Shown here: positions 11,410-22,832 of the stretch, in pieces
Numbering within the stretch: the first letter of the stretch is position 1
Layout of the letters: each line of letters begins with the position of its first letter
Assembly (NCBI RefSeq): GCF_006345805.1
Contig: NW_021836862.1
Coordinates: 1 to 37,322, forward strand
DNA length: 37,322 nt
Reading direction: 5' to 3'
Origin: Octopus sinensis
Lineage: Eukaryota
Notes under the pieces: generated by a model
Databases searched by the model: none
What the model saw: only the letters and a program-made list of their open reading frames with translations
Told to the model about the DNA's origin: nothing
Program-made: the position numbers and the translations under genes

Positions 11410-14400
11410 AATAGGATAATTGTTAAGGAATTTCTTGTGGTGTCGTGTATGTCTGTTTTCACCAGTCTGCAAGCAAATCCTGAGGGCTCTCTTACAAAAG
11501 ATATTAGAGATAACCAACAACTATTGGTAAGAAGCAAGTCTTCGGGGCTACATGATCCCCATGAAATTTGTGGAAACTCTCCTACCGAACATGTCTCACC
11601 CCATCTAATCCCTCTTAAATCGGTGATCGGTGAGGAACACTCTAACGACAAAGTCAAATGGATTTCTGGTGTTGTGGAGTCAGCGAAGAGACGATTTGGC
11701 AGAATTCCTCGTGGAGGATGGAGACTTATTGCCGAATGTTTCAACGTCCGCTTTCTCACTCAAAAGAGTGTCTCTGATGTGAAAAACTTACTGAATGTAA
11801 AGCCCTGCTCTAATGGCTGTGGCAGTCGAAATAATGTGGATACCTCAGATTACTTATTGCCAAAGACAGAAATCTCCATTTATGGTAAATGCAAGGAAGA
11901 GTTTAATCTCCAAATTCAGGAACTTAAGTCAATCCCACGAAATGCGAGAATGCCCACAAAGAAGATTCCGTATAAATTGCTAAAGACTGATGTTCTTGTC
12001 GCAATTAATGCAGTGATTTCGAACTATATATTATCTTCTCCGCCTGCAAGCATAAATGAAATCACGGATATAATTTATGCCGGGCAATGCTCATATGAAA
12101 ACATTACGAGGCAACCCCTAACAAAAAGCACATGGCTTGAGGATACGGAAAGAAAGATTTCCAAACTTAGAGAAAATCTAACTTTCGTTAATAAGTTTAA
12201 TGGCCAGCAATCTAAAGACGAAAAAGAGAAGACACTGAACATTTTATGCTCGTTTGGATACAAAAAATCCAGAAAGGGAGAGCTGGCACGCGTATCTAGT
12301 CTTATTGAAGATAGAGTCAAAATTATGGAGAAAAAAATCTCAACCTATCGCTCCAGAAAGTCGTTTAGACAAGATAATTTCTGTTTTGAACTAAACAGGA
12401 GAAGATTCTATCGAAGACTGAACTGTGAAAACAAAGATTCTGATTGTCAAGTCCCAGAAGATAAGTGTCTATCTTTCTGGAAGGGCGTATGGAAGAAAGA
12501 GGAGAACCGTGCTCCTAAAGCTATTGTTGGTAAGCATATTACTGGAGCTGAACAGCTTCCAAGTGACGTGAAAACTGATTTTATCAAGAATGTTATCCAG
12601 TGTGTACCCAATTGGAAAGCCGCGGGTTGTGACGGAGTTTATGGATTTTTTATCAAAAAGTTCGAAGCTCTTCATGGCCATTTGTGCGATGAGATCCTTA
12701 AAATTGTGAACGGAGGCTATTCCCCTGCTGAGTGGTTTTACACAGGAGTAACATACCTCATTCCAAAAAATGAAAAGTGCCATTCCCCAAATGACTTAAG
12801 GCCGATTACCTGCATGCCTATATTGTACAAACTTGTCACTAAATGTGTGAATACAAAGCTTACAGACTATATCGAAGCGTTTAACCTTATCTCGGATAAT
12901 CAGCTGGGAGCTAGAAGGCAATGCCAAGGCGCAAAGGAACAAGCACTAATAAACCAGTGTGTCAATAGTGAGTATGGAAATAACTTATTTGCAACGTGGA
13001 TCGATGTCAGAAAGGCATTTGATTCTGTCAATCATGAATTCTTATGTCAAGTGCTTGATCAGTCTGGAATTCCGAATTGGATCACAAATTTTGTGAAAAC
13101 TTTAATCAAAAATTGGAATGTCATTTTGACACTTAACAATAAGAGAATTGGAACTGTAAAATTGGAAAGAGGAATCTTACAAGGAGACTCACTCTCTCCA
13201 CAACTCTTCACTCTGGTAATGGATCCGTTAAGTAGGAGCTTGAATATGAAGTTCCCGAAGGTGCGTATAGGTCAAAATGACCCGTTCACGGTTTCATATT
13301 CAACAAACCATTTGTTGTTTATTGACGACCTGAAAATAATTGCTGAGAAAGAAGACACCGTTCTAAAAATGATGGAAGATGTCGATGAATATTTTGATGC
13401 CGTTGGCCTCAAGAGGAACTCGGAAAAGTCTGCGACTAACCTGGACTATGTGAAAGATACAAAATGTCTGGATGGGTGTGCTGGGTATCGATACCTGGGA
13501 GTCTTGGAGGATAGAGGAAGTGATGTCAAGAAAATCGAGGTAATGAAAACAATTGCTCGAAACGTGAAAGAGAGAATCGAGAGTCTTGCAAAAACAAAGT
13601 TAAGTGCAGTAAACCTCTTTAAAGCGATAAACGAATATGCACTCTCTCTCTACAACTACTATATCGGATTGATCGACATTGAACCGAGTGAGTTTGATGC
13701 CATTGATCTGGTAATTCGTCGCATTCTAACTACTTTACGAATCCATCTGAAGCCCGCTAATAAAGAAAGATTATATCTCGGCAGAAATGGTTTTGGAAGA
13801 GGCTTAATCTCAATTTCCAATAAGAGCGAATGCATCCTGCTCCAATTTCTCTCCGACCTTGAAAGAAAAGCCTCGTTGTGCCTCAGAAGAGCAGGAATCT
13901 TGCGGGTCTTGAGAGAAAAGAAAACACATATGACCACGATTGCAAGATTTCTCGCTCTCAAGTACAATCTGGAAGACCAATCAAAATTGGATGTAAACCT
14001 TATTAAGGAGTGCCAGAAGAAAAGACTAATGGACACCATTAAATCTAAGATGATACATTCAACGCTGTTTAAATGCATTCAGGAACCGAGTGCTGATATC
14101 GTGGAGTCCAATGTATGGCTAGCCAATGGGAACAATGGCCCAAAGGCCGAGGCACTATATTGCTTGGCCCAGGATCGCAATTTGTTTTTCGGAGAGGCAA
14201 AGCCTAATTGTAACCATTGCGGCTCGGCAAGAAAAACCGTGGATCACCTAGCTACTCGATGTAGCAGAATGCTTCACGGGTCATACATGCGAAGACACAA
14301 TGAAATTGTCAGATGCATACATCTACACGTCTGTCGTCAGTACGGAATAAAGAAATGCAAGAAATTGAAAGCACACTCAGTCCAGTCGGTCGTGGAAAAT

Positions 14401-15019
14401 AGTCGTGTTGAAATACGAGTAGACATGACGTTGCAGACCGACATTGAAGTTAAAAACAACAAGCCAGACATTTTCGTGCTTGATAAAATGAAAAATGAGA
14501 TAACGATAATCGAAGTCGGGGTCACATCCCAGGACAGGTTAAAGCAAGTCGAAGTAGAGAAACTCCACAAGTATGATCTACTTGCTGGAGAATTGGCACA
14601 GATTCACAAGGCAAAAGTCACGATAGTCCCTGTCGTATTGACATGGGATGGGGTAGTGACCAAGTTCTATAAGTCCTACATGAAAAAGTTGAATATAGAG
14701 GTCCCGACTAAGGCGTACATTCAATCAGTGACAATCAAGAAAACCCTGGAGAGCATGGTCGTTGAATACAAACATGGCATGAAGGTCGACAACTACCAAA
14801 TTGAGAAGGAAACGGATAGTCTTATCGCTAGAGGAGAAGAACTGGGAGTGTCAGTTGACTTGCCAGAGGAGTCTGCTTTCTTACTGCAATACGAAGAGGA
14901 GAGGTGTCAAGACATGACCGGTCAACGGAGTAGTTCCCCTAAGAGAAGAGAGAATATCAATTAATTTTTAATTTTCGTTTATTTTTGCATATAATAAAAT
15001 AAATGGTTTAAAAAAAAAA
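11410..15019 (+). mobile_element. Full-length R4/Dong-clade RT-RLE non-LTR retrotransposon with poly(A) tail and 13-bp TSD
   Basis: TSD ATAAGTATTGATT at 11397-11409 and 15020-15032; A-run at 15010-15020; single uninterrupted ORF. Confidence 0.92.
11449..14964 (+). CDS. Reverse transcriptase with CCHC finger and restriction-like endonuclease (R4/Dong-type ORF)
   Basis: Motifs: NWKAAGCDG, LRPITCMP, NQLGARR, WIDVRKAFDSV, GILQGDSLSP, LFIDDL, YRYLGV, RLYLGRNGFGRGL, CNHC..VDHLATRC, RRHNE, KPDIF..IIEV..EK..KY. The first ATG inside the element is at 11449; the track start at 11404 is a TTG within the TSD. Confidence 0.93.
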   Translation: MSVFTSLQANPEGSLTKDIRDNQQLLVRSKSSGLHDPHEICGNSPTEHVSPHLIPLKSVIGEEHSNDKVKWISGVVESAKRRFGRIPRGGWRLIAECFNVRFLTQKSVSDVKNLLNVKPCSNGCGSRNNVDTSDYLLPKTEISIYGKCKEEFNLQIQELKSIPRNARMPTKKIPYKLLKTDVLVAINAVISNYILSSPPASINEITDIIYAGQCSYENITRQPLTKSTWLEDTERKISKLRENLTFVNKFNGQQSKDEKEKTLNILCSFGYKKSRKGELARVSSLIEDRVKIMEKKISTYRSRKSFRQDNFCFELNRRRFYRRLNCENKDSDCQVPEDKCLSFWKGVWKKEENRAPKAIVGKHITGAEQLPSDVKTDFIKNVIQCVPNWKAAGCDGVYGFFIKKFEALHGHLCDEILKIVNGGYSPAEWFYTGVTYLIPKNEKCHSPNDLRPITCMPILYKLVTKCVNTKLTDYIEAFNLISDNQLGARRQCQGAKEQALINQCVNSEYGNNLFATWIDVRKAFDSVNHEFLCQVLDQSGIPNWITNFVKTLIKNWNVILTLNNKRIGTVKLERGILQGDSLSPQLFTLVMDPLSRSLNMKFPKVRIGQNDPFTVSYSTNHLLFIDDLKIIAEKEDTVLKMMEDVDEYFDAVGLKRNSEKSATNLDYVKDTKCLDGCAGYRYLGVLEDRGSDVKKIEVMKTIARNVKERIESLAKTKLSAVNLFKAINEYALSLYNYYIGLIDIEPSEFDAIDLVIRRILTTLRIHLKPANKERLYLGRNGFGRGLISISNKSECILLQFLSDLERKASLCLRRAGILRVLREKKTHMTTIARFLALKYNLEDQSKLDVNLIKECQKKRLMDTIKSKMIHSTLFKCIQEPSADIVESNVWLANGNNGPKAEALYCLAQDRNLFFGEAKPNCNHCGSARKTVDHLATRCSRMLHGSYMRRHNEIVRCIHLHVCRQYGIKKCKKLKAHSVQSVVENSRVEIRVDMTLQTDIEVKNNKPDIFVLDKMKNEITIIEVGVTSQDRLKQVEVEKLHKYDLLAGELAQIHKAKVTIVPVVLTWDGVVTKFYKSYMKKLNIEVPTKAYIQSVTIKKTLESMVVEYKHGMKVDNYQIEKETDSLIARGEELGVSVDLPEESAFLLQYEEERCQDMTGQRSSSPKRRENIN

Positions 15020-15309
15020 ATAAGTATTGATTTATTAAATTGATATCCACATCTATTTTTAAATAATATCAAAATGCTTTTTTTCAATTTTGAGATTCAA
15101 TTATATTATTTTTTTTCTAGAGAAAAAAAATTATGACTTTCAAAAAAAAATTATACCATTTTCAAGTCAATTTGAAAATTACTAACTTTAAATTACAACC
15201 ACAAAAGTCAATTTTTCAAGTACAAACTTATAATTTGTAATTAAGAAAGTCAATGTTGCATTAAAAAAATTTTCGTCAAAATACATCAAAAATTGCCTGA
15301 TGATTGTAA

Positions 15310-15900
15310 AAACAAGATATCGCCAATATAGTAATGAAACAAAAAAATAATAATTGAAACACTGCACGTTTTGGAGATTGAAAGTCTCTATGTTCTTCTT
15401 TTGGAGTGAATTTGAGAACAGCTTATAATTGGATGAAAATAAAGATAATGAAAGACATCCAAAAGGAGGTAAGAAACATTCAAAAAAGTCAATAATTATA
15501 AATGAATTAATCATTGCATTGGAGCTGATCCTTAGATCACTTTGAAAGAAAGTGCGGAAAAATTAAGAAATAATTATTCAATATCTGTGTCTTTTACAAC
15601 GGTACAAAATTGGCTTGATAGGGAAAAAGAGAAAAGATGTCAATAATTCTCAACTATAACAAAACTCCGGATAATTCTTTAATTTCTAAATATGAATGAA
15701 TGAATTTTTTATTAAAACGGAAAAGCCGAAAAAAAAGAGAGAAAGTTAATGAGACAACGTATGCCTCTTCTCCGTTGTTTCCCTCTTTTTTTATTTTTAA
15801 TTAGAGATTCGAGAGGAAAAGGCTCTCTCAAGAACAATTCCAACCGTTTCCATAATATCAAAATGCCTTTTTCAATTTGGAGAATTTCTAAATATAGGCT
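15310..15900 (+). mobile_element. Degenerate Tc1/IS630-like transposase remnant
   Basis: Broken frames give RYRQYSNETKKII, VNLRTAYNWMK, PKGGKKHSK and DP.ITLKESAEKL..ISVSFTTVQNWL (HTH region), plus NIKMPFSIWR, which resembles the NPIE..FS.WK motif. Confidence 0.55.
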
Positions 15901-16460
15901 AAGAATATTGGAAAAAATTGAAGTAGCCTCAAAAAGGTTTTAACGCCGCAAAAATTGATGGGATTTGTTAACCGGGTTAACTCGATTGATATTTTGCTAA
16001 TATAGCTTTCCCTCAATAAAAAAAATTTGCAGCTTCTTTTTTTAGTCAGAACTTTCTAACTTTCAAATATCCCCGTTTTTCCATTCAAAGATAAATTTCA
16101 ATAAGTTGTACTTTGCATTATTTGTACCCGGGTATGGGGCATTAGGGTAACGTAATTATTTTAACGTGGATAATTATTTATGGCGACTTATGACGGATTT
16201 CAGTGTTTTGACACCTGCCATTGTTTTACATTAAAATACTTTTCTTTGTCTATAATAGAAGTTATTCAATTTTTAGTTTGTTTTAGTAAGCTATGTTTGT
16301 TTAGCATCGGTAAAAGTCAAGAGTTTTTTTTCAAAAGTAACGCTCGATGTCGAATTTAAATAAATTAAGTTATTTTAATATAATATTTCAAATTAATTAA
16401 CAATAGATCTTTTGCCGCTTATTTGCTTTTGTGGTGCTGCGATTTTTATTGTTAAATAAC

Positions 16461-17813
16461 ATGCCTCGTTCTATAAGAAAAGGTATTTATATTAAAAATA
16501 ATGCCTTATAGTTGATAAGTCAGTTGATGAAATGGAATAGGAGAGATCCTTACCGACGCTTCTAATGTGAGCTGGTGTCTTGGCCCTCTTTTTGCAAAAG
16601 GCGGGTTTGGATTTATCCATACAGGTTTACCATAAATATCACAAAAATATAATTTATTTTAAAATCAATAATTATATTAGCTCATATGAATGTCGGATTG
16701 CTTAACAATTCGTATTCTCAAGCGAAATATGTCATTAAATTGGAAGCCAACGAAAGCGGTCCTCTCTTCTGTGAAAAACAAGTTTATATTCGAGCATTAA
16801 ACGAAAACAATCGTATAAAGTCGAACTTCATTAAAAATAGTGAGCAAGTGGTGCATTGATCACAATTTATCCTTTATTGGTCTCCCGCGTTATGTCGGAT
16901 TTGGACTCCATAATTATGGCGGAAGAAAATATCGGTTTCTTGTTATGGACAGATTTGGAGATGATCTTCAATCAAAGATCATGTCCTGCAAGATTATAAA
17001 CTCGCTATCAATGAGGCATATCAGATTTCTACTGACATTGTTAATTTTTTTATTTATATACTGCAGGTTAACGCTTTGGAATACTTACACGAACATGAGT
17101 ATTCATGCTGACATCAAAGCTTCCAATTTGCTGAGTTCTTTAGCAAAAAACTTCAGAGATAGGGTTTGTTGGCGTGGGTGAATTGATTTAGTATGTTTTG
17201 GCAGATTTTGGGTTGTCATATCGGTATACTGCCAATGGAGTTCATACAAAATATACTCCAAAGCCAAAAAAGTGTCATAGTGGAACTATCGAGTTCACCA
17301 GCAGAGATGCACACGTGGGTGCTGATCCTTCGAGGAGAGGAGATTTTGAAATACTTGTATTTGGTCTTATTCGCTGGTTGTGTGGTTTCCTTCCATGGGA
17401 TGCCGTCACATCAGACGTGAGTTCTGTCGCCAAATTAAAAGACGAGTATCACAGGAATATAATTATTATTTAGACATTTAAAAAACCCAAAAAAGTTTAT
17501 AAAAACGTGTTTTTCTACTTCTAAACCACCACCTGGACTTTTGGGATTGTTGAGCAGGTTGCTGCTCTTGAATATGACGAAAAACCAAATTATGAGGCAT
17601 TGAGGGGTTTATTGGCCTCAAATGTAAAGATTGGCGAAAAGCAGGTAAAGGTTGTAGTGATTTTGTGAATTTTTGTAGGAAGTGGAGCCGTTATATTCAA
17701 CTTCGAAGCGAATTCGAATTGATAGTGACAGTGGGACGGATAAAAAAGCAGACAGCCAATCTATGACGACTGCAGAGTATTTTGATCTCCATCCGTCTGC
17801 GGATATTCGTTAG
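16461..17813 (+). CDS. VRK1: Vaccinia-related kinase (VRK1/ballchen-like), multi-exon, with apparent indels
   Basis: Motifs: GEILTD, KGGFGFIH, YVIKLE, GPLFCEK, YRFLVMDRFG, HADIKASN, LADFGLS, GTIEFTSRDAHVG, SRRGDFEIL, LPW, YDEKPNYEAL. Introns include a 28-nt one at 16813-16840. At least two frameshifts occur near 16990-17100. The paralog assignment is approximate. Confidence 0.9.
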
Positions 17814-18241
17814 ATGATGTTTTGGGTTTAATTATTTAGAAAGAGGCACTAAAATTGTTTATCCTACGGGTAATAGAACTAGTTTTCAAATTCAAGTTAA
17901 TATGGACTCAATTAAATAATTTTTGTGATTTTATTATTTGTTTGATTTTTAATTCTACTTTAAAACTAATCAATTTGTTAATTGTTAGTATTTTTTGCTA
18001 TTTATTTGTAATCAAAATTTATTTTTTCTATTAGCATACTCTCCGATATGTTCTAAGCACAATTGACAAAATAAAGGATTTCTTTAAGCGATCTTATTTA
18101 GATTTTGTAATATTTAGACACAATTGTGTAGGCACCGCATAAGTTATATTAAATTAGGCTAAATGAGGAATTTTCTTTCTAACATGTTATGCCATTTCAT
18201 TTCATCATGTTTAAAACAATTTTGTATAGTTATGTAATCAT

Positions 18242-18830
18242 TAGGGCCAACTAAGGTAAAAAGTTAAAATTTATTAAAACAACTATTAATAATACATTTT
18301 ACCACTAAGATTTTTGTTTAATACGCCTAAGGTAGCAAAATCGAAACCATAGTAAAAGATTATCTTTGAGGATAGTGTATTATATTGTTGTCTTTGTTGT
18401 GTAATATTTAATGTGAGAAAAGACATTTTGTAAATTTTCGTCAGTCATTTTGTAAATACACTCAACCCTCTCAAATTGGCCCCTCTCTAATTGGCCACCT
18501 CTCAAATTTGCCATTTGTAACAGATAGTCGACGAGGTACTTCGAAATATTTTGTTTCAAGGGGGAAATTTCTTTTTGTTAATTTCTGATGCCGCAAATCT
18601 TATGAAATCAGGTAAAATTTTATGTTCAAGTTTTACCTGCCAAAATAGTTAAATGATATTTCGAACATATTCAACATAACTAATTTACACCTATCTCCTG
18701 CCGAGTATTTTATACTCCCGAATTTTCAGCCGACCTCTTGCTTGGTTGAAAGAACTTTCTCTTAAATAAAGAGTTTTCTATGATTTAACCGAAATTTTTA
18801 ACAAGACAATTAAGAAAAGTATTGTATGTG
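18242..18830 (+). mobile_element. hAT-like remnant: TAGGGCCAAC end plus internally deleted DUF659-type transposase pieces
   Basis: TAGGGCCAAC at 18242 is also the end at 25098. FLLISDAANLMKSG (~18570-18620) and NFQPTSCLVERTFS (~18720-18765) are present. Confidence 0.6.
18459..18515 (+). mobile_element. Solo pogo/Tigger-type TIR
   Basis: TA|CACTCAACCCTCTCAAATTGGCC with three CTCTC(A/T)AATT(G/T)GCC repeats; no partner end found. Confidence 0.5.
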
Positions 18831-18871
18831 TAACAAGCAGTTTTAGTATATTTATTGTTTAGTTATAAAGT

Positions 18872-18995
18872 AGAAAGGGTTACCGGAGACCCGTGTGAAC
18901 ACCGGTATTTAACCGAACGAATATCCATAGCCATAGTCAGAGGCAATACTCTGGCTATCTGCCAATGACCGTTTTTTCTTTAGTCCTTTTATTAA
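18872..18995 (+). mobile_element. 124-bp 5'-truncated CRE-like insertion with 11-bp TSD
   Basis: Encodes RVTGDPCEHRYLTERISIAIVRGNTLAICQ*; TSD AGTTATAAAGT at 18861-18871 and 18996-19006. Confidence 0.8.
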
Positions 18996-19519
18996 AGTTA
19001 TAAAGTTAAATTTGTGGGGTAATTTTTTTAGTTTTTTGATTAATAAAGTTTAATTTTTATTTTTTATGTTAAAAAAGCTATTAGTTATTCTATTTCTTAT
19101 TCTTAAATATCTATAGTTTTTGTAGTTTGCTTGCATTTAAATACGTTAGGAACGTGCTTTAAATACTATTACAAAGAACCTTAAAATTAAATTAAAATAT
19201 TTTTCAATTTCTTATGTACTAAATAAACCTTACTAATAAAATATTATTGTAGCATAAGTAATATTTGTAATACAGTCCGACCCCAAAATGGGGCAGACCC
19301 CAGGGGTGGGGCACCCTCGGATTTTGGGGCACCCCCGCAATTTGGGGCACTTTATTCCAAAAGTACATTTTGGCAGAAAAAAAAATAAAAATCGATAAAA
19401 AATTATGGAATTTTTGGGGCACCATAAAATCATTTATAAGGAATTAAAAATAAAATAAAATTATAATAAATTAATTATTTTTTGTTTTATTTTCAATTTA
19501 TATTTTTATTGTTGTGGTT

Positions 19520-20908
19520 ATGGATTACGAAACTAAATTGAAGATTGCTAAAGAAATTTTGAAGAAAAATTATCTGAGAGGCAACTAATGAAAAAGTACA
19601 ACACAAGTAAAGGAACAATATCAAGAATAAAACGAAATATTGTACCTTTCTTGCAACACGGCAATACTATTTCTGAGGAATATGACACATTTAAAGCCGA
19701 TAAAGATAAATTTGATGATCAAGTCTTTGAAATATTTCAAAGACTACGCGTAGATAAAATTCCGATTTCAGGCCCTATTTTGAAAAAATTGCCTTAGTTA
19801 CAGCTTCAAAAATTGGATTTACTTCTTTTAAAGCTTCCAATGGGTGGCTTGATAGATTTAAATGGCGGCATGAACTTCAATTCAAGTCAATATGTGGTGA
19901 AAAAGCTTCATGTGATTTATCTTATGTGAAAAATTATTTTGAAAATATGACCAGAAAGTATTAAAATATGGACCGAGAATATATTTAATTGTGATGAAAC
20001 TGCGCTTTTTATAAAAAGAACTCCTCAAAATCATTTGTTGAACAAGGCGAACCGTGTTTTGGTTATAAACAAGGGAAAAAGACTCACTGTTCTTCTATGC
20101 TGCAGTTTAATCGGGGAAAAACTTAATCCATTGATTATTGGAAAATATAAAAAACCTCGGTGTCTAAAAAATTTTGATGTTCAAGATTTTGGGTTATTGT
20201 ATTCATCTTCTCAAAATGCATGGATGACTGGAAAGACTTTATGAGTTGGCTTACACTTATAAATGAATCGTTTTGCAAAAACAACAGAAAAATATTATTA
20301 ATACTTGACAATGCGGGATGCCATAAAACTGCCGAATGTTCGAACATCGAATTTTTATTTTTGCCGAAAAATACAACGCCCTATTTACAACCTTTGGATA
20401 TAGGAATAATCAAGATTTTTAAAGATTATTATTCCTCTTTCTTAATGGAATTTTTATGTTTTCAAGATTTCGAAAACGATTTTACACATTCTATTGGTAA
20501 ATTAAATTGCGTCAGGTTATGATGCTAATTTCAAAAGGATGGGAGAAAATAGATGCTAAAAGTATTGTTAATTGTTGGAAGAAAATCGACAGGAACCGTG
20601 ATTCTTATGCAACAAAAAACTGTCTAACAGATGAACATTTAGATCAAGTTGTTAACGAAACAATTGATGGAGAATGCGAAGACATGAACAATAATGTTTA
20701 TGATACATATCAGAAACCGAAATTAGTGAAAATGTCGTAGCAAAAACAAAAGATCTGCTTAACAATTTAGAAAAAAAATTTCTAATGTTGCACCAAGTAT
20801 GCTCCGAGATTTTTTTGATTTTCGGCTGAAATTGACGAACATATCATCAGACAAAACTCTACAAATAAAAAGAAAATAACTGAATATTTTAGTAAAAATG
20901 TTTTTTGA
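19520..20908 (+). pseudogene. pogo transposase (CENP-B HTH plus DDE_1, DD29D spacing), frameshifted
   Basis: Motifs: IPISGPILK, FKASNGWLDRFKWRH, IFNCDETAL, RLTVLLCC, IGKYKKPRC, NAWMT, LILDNAGCH..PKNTTPYLQPLD (29 residues between the last two Asp). Confidence 0.85.
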
Positions 20909-20917
20909 TGTTTATTA

Positions 20918-22723
20918 TTATTATTATTAGCACTGTCATAGGAACATAATGTAATTTAAACTAATTAAGTTCCCACATGTGCCACATATGAGACTATCTT
21001 TTCGGTCATAATTTTCCGATGTGCGGTTGTATGCTATACTCCTGAGAGTATCTAGTCGTCTCCATTTTTCAGTTGTCTTTTAACGCGTTGTAGTTCTTTG
21101 AGATTACAATAGGTAATGTATTTCATGGCGTCCTCGGGACGCAGATCTTTCGTCCTTTGCGTAATATGATTCCATTGCCCAGTTAGCATAAACATCCTGG
21201 TCGAGTCTTAGAATGTGGCCCAATAGGCGCCAACGTGCTTCGGTAATGTCCACACTGACGGGTCTGCTGTTGCAGATATTGTATAGGGTGGAGTTCTTGA
21301 TTTCTTTGGCCAGTTGATGCCATAAGAATTCTTAACTGTCTTCTATGGATGCATCAAGAGATTTTGATTCAGACTCAGATATTCCCCATGTTCCTCCGTT
21401 GTACAAAAGTATGGGTTTTAAAAAGCATTGTATAATTTGGCACGTAAGGCCGTTCCAACCTCGCGGTTTCGTAGCCAAGTTGTCCGCAGTTTGTTAAGTG
21501 CAACAGTCGATAGCATCTTTCTCCTCATAATGTCTTCACTATCTCCTAAAAGAGTTCCAACTTTTTTCGAGTTTCGCCATTTTTCGTCTGTTCTATTTGC
21601 CTCCCGGTTGATTGTTACATATTCGGTTTTTTCTATGTTCACTTTTAAGAACCATTTTTCCAGTGCCTGAGGAGCAATGTTCAGCAGTTCTTCGAGAGTC
21701 GACTTATCATGAGACAAAAAGTCTACATCGTCGGCATATATCACTTCAGTTATTGAAGTAGACTTCACTAGTTTTCTCAGATCTCTTAGTGCCGCTTCAA
21801 GATAGACAATGAATAGTACAGGTGATATTGAATCACCTTGGGGCGTTCCAATGCTTGTTTTGAAAGATCTTGATTGTACGGGTCGATCTTCACCGTTAAC
21901 TCGGTGTCTATAAGTAGTGCTCGAACCATTCTGATCGAGTCATTGTCAAGAATAGTTTTGAGGATCTCCATTAGCTTGTCTCTGCGGATTGTATCAAATG
22001 CCCTGCTCATATCAATGCCCAATATTGTGGTCGCCATTTTAAATTTCTGAGATATGGCACAGATCCATCTATGTCCCCATACTACATCTGCAGTTGATCG
22101 CCCAGGCCTGAATCCACTTTGGCTAGCCGACAGATATTCATTAACAGGGTCCTTAATACGTTCCAGTGTTACGAGCGAGAAAGATTTTTCCTTATTGTGT
22201 TCAAGAGTATGATTGGGCGAATGTTGTTAAGAGGACCTTGCGGCTTGTTGGGTTTTTGGAGAGGAATTAGCGTTCCTTTCCCAATAGGCGGTATGGTATT
22301 TCCATGGAACATCTCGTTCAGGAGATTTGTGATTATAGTTGAGATCTCCATTGGGAGTACTTTATCAATTCACCGTGATGTTGTCTGGACCCGCCGCACG
22401 GTTGTTTTTTAATTTTTTTATAGCCTTCAAAACTTCAAGGTGTGTTATTTTGTTGTTTAGATAACGTTCTTCCACCCTCATCGAGAGCATCGGCCCTGCC
22501 ATTGAATAGTATTTCGAAGTGGTCGGCGATTGTATTTACCATTTGATTGGGTTTCCAATTGTTTTCCCATGTTCATCGTGCACAACCAGTTTTGTTTTCT
22601 GTTGTCGTCGGCGTAGTAGTCTGATGGCTGCGTACATTTGCGCACCATCCTTTAAGTCTTCAACTTCTGATATTCGAGAGTTTAATAAAGCTTTCACGTA
22701 TTTAAGATTTTCCTTCTTGATTG
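20918..22723 (-). mobile_element. 5'-truncated RTE-group non-LTR retrotransposon with (TAA)n tail and 14-bp TSD
   Basis: TSD TTTGATGTTTATTA at 20904-20917 and 22724-22737. Motifs: NNRAAGPD, RPIILLNT, SQSGFRPGRST, IDMSRAFDT, TPQGDSISP, YADDVD. Frameshifted. Confidence 0.88.
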
Positions 22724-22832
22724 TTTGATGTTTATTAATGGTTTAATTTTTAAAAAAATAACAACCCCTGTTTTTGGGGCACCCCCGCATTTTGGGGCAC
22801 TTGGTGCCCCATTTGGGGGTCGGACTGTAATA

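Larger units (their letters stand above)
19273..22827 (+). mobile_element. pogo/Tigger-family DNA transposon (TA TSD) carrying a nested RTE insertion
   Basis: TIRs TA|CAGTCCGACCCCAAAATGGGGCA and TGCCCCATTTGGGGGTCGGACTG|TA, with repeated TTTTGGGGCACCCCCGCA subterminal motifs. Confidence 0.92.

Noticed and set aside
12075-14570. Antisense ORFs within the R4 element, and similar shadow ORFs over CRE, RTE, MED13 and lipin
   Set aside because: They are opposite-strand or alternate-frame by-products of real coding sequence and carry no recognisable motifs.
16461-17813. Stop-codon reassignment suggested by in-frame TGA/TAG near gene starts
   Set aside because: The stops fall in GT-AG introns (e.g. 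the first VRK intron and the MED13 23-nt introns) or are explained by indels. Genes end in standard TAA/TAG.
19273-19370. GGGGCACCC repeat cluster resembling a short CRISPR or G-quadruplex array
   Set aside because: These are pogo subterminal repeats mirrored at 22770-22827. There are no unique spacers and the context is eukaryotic.
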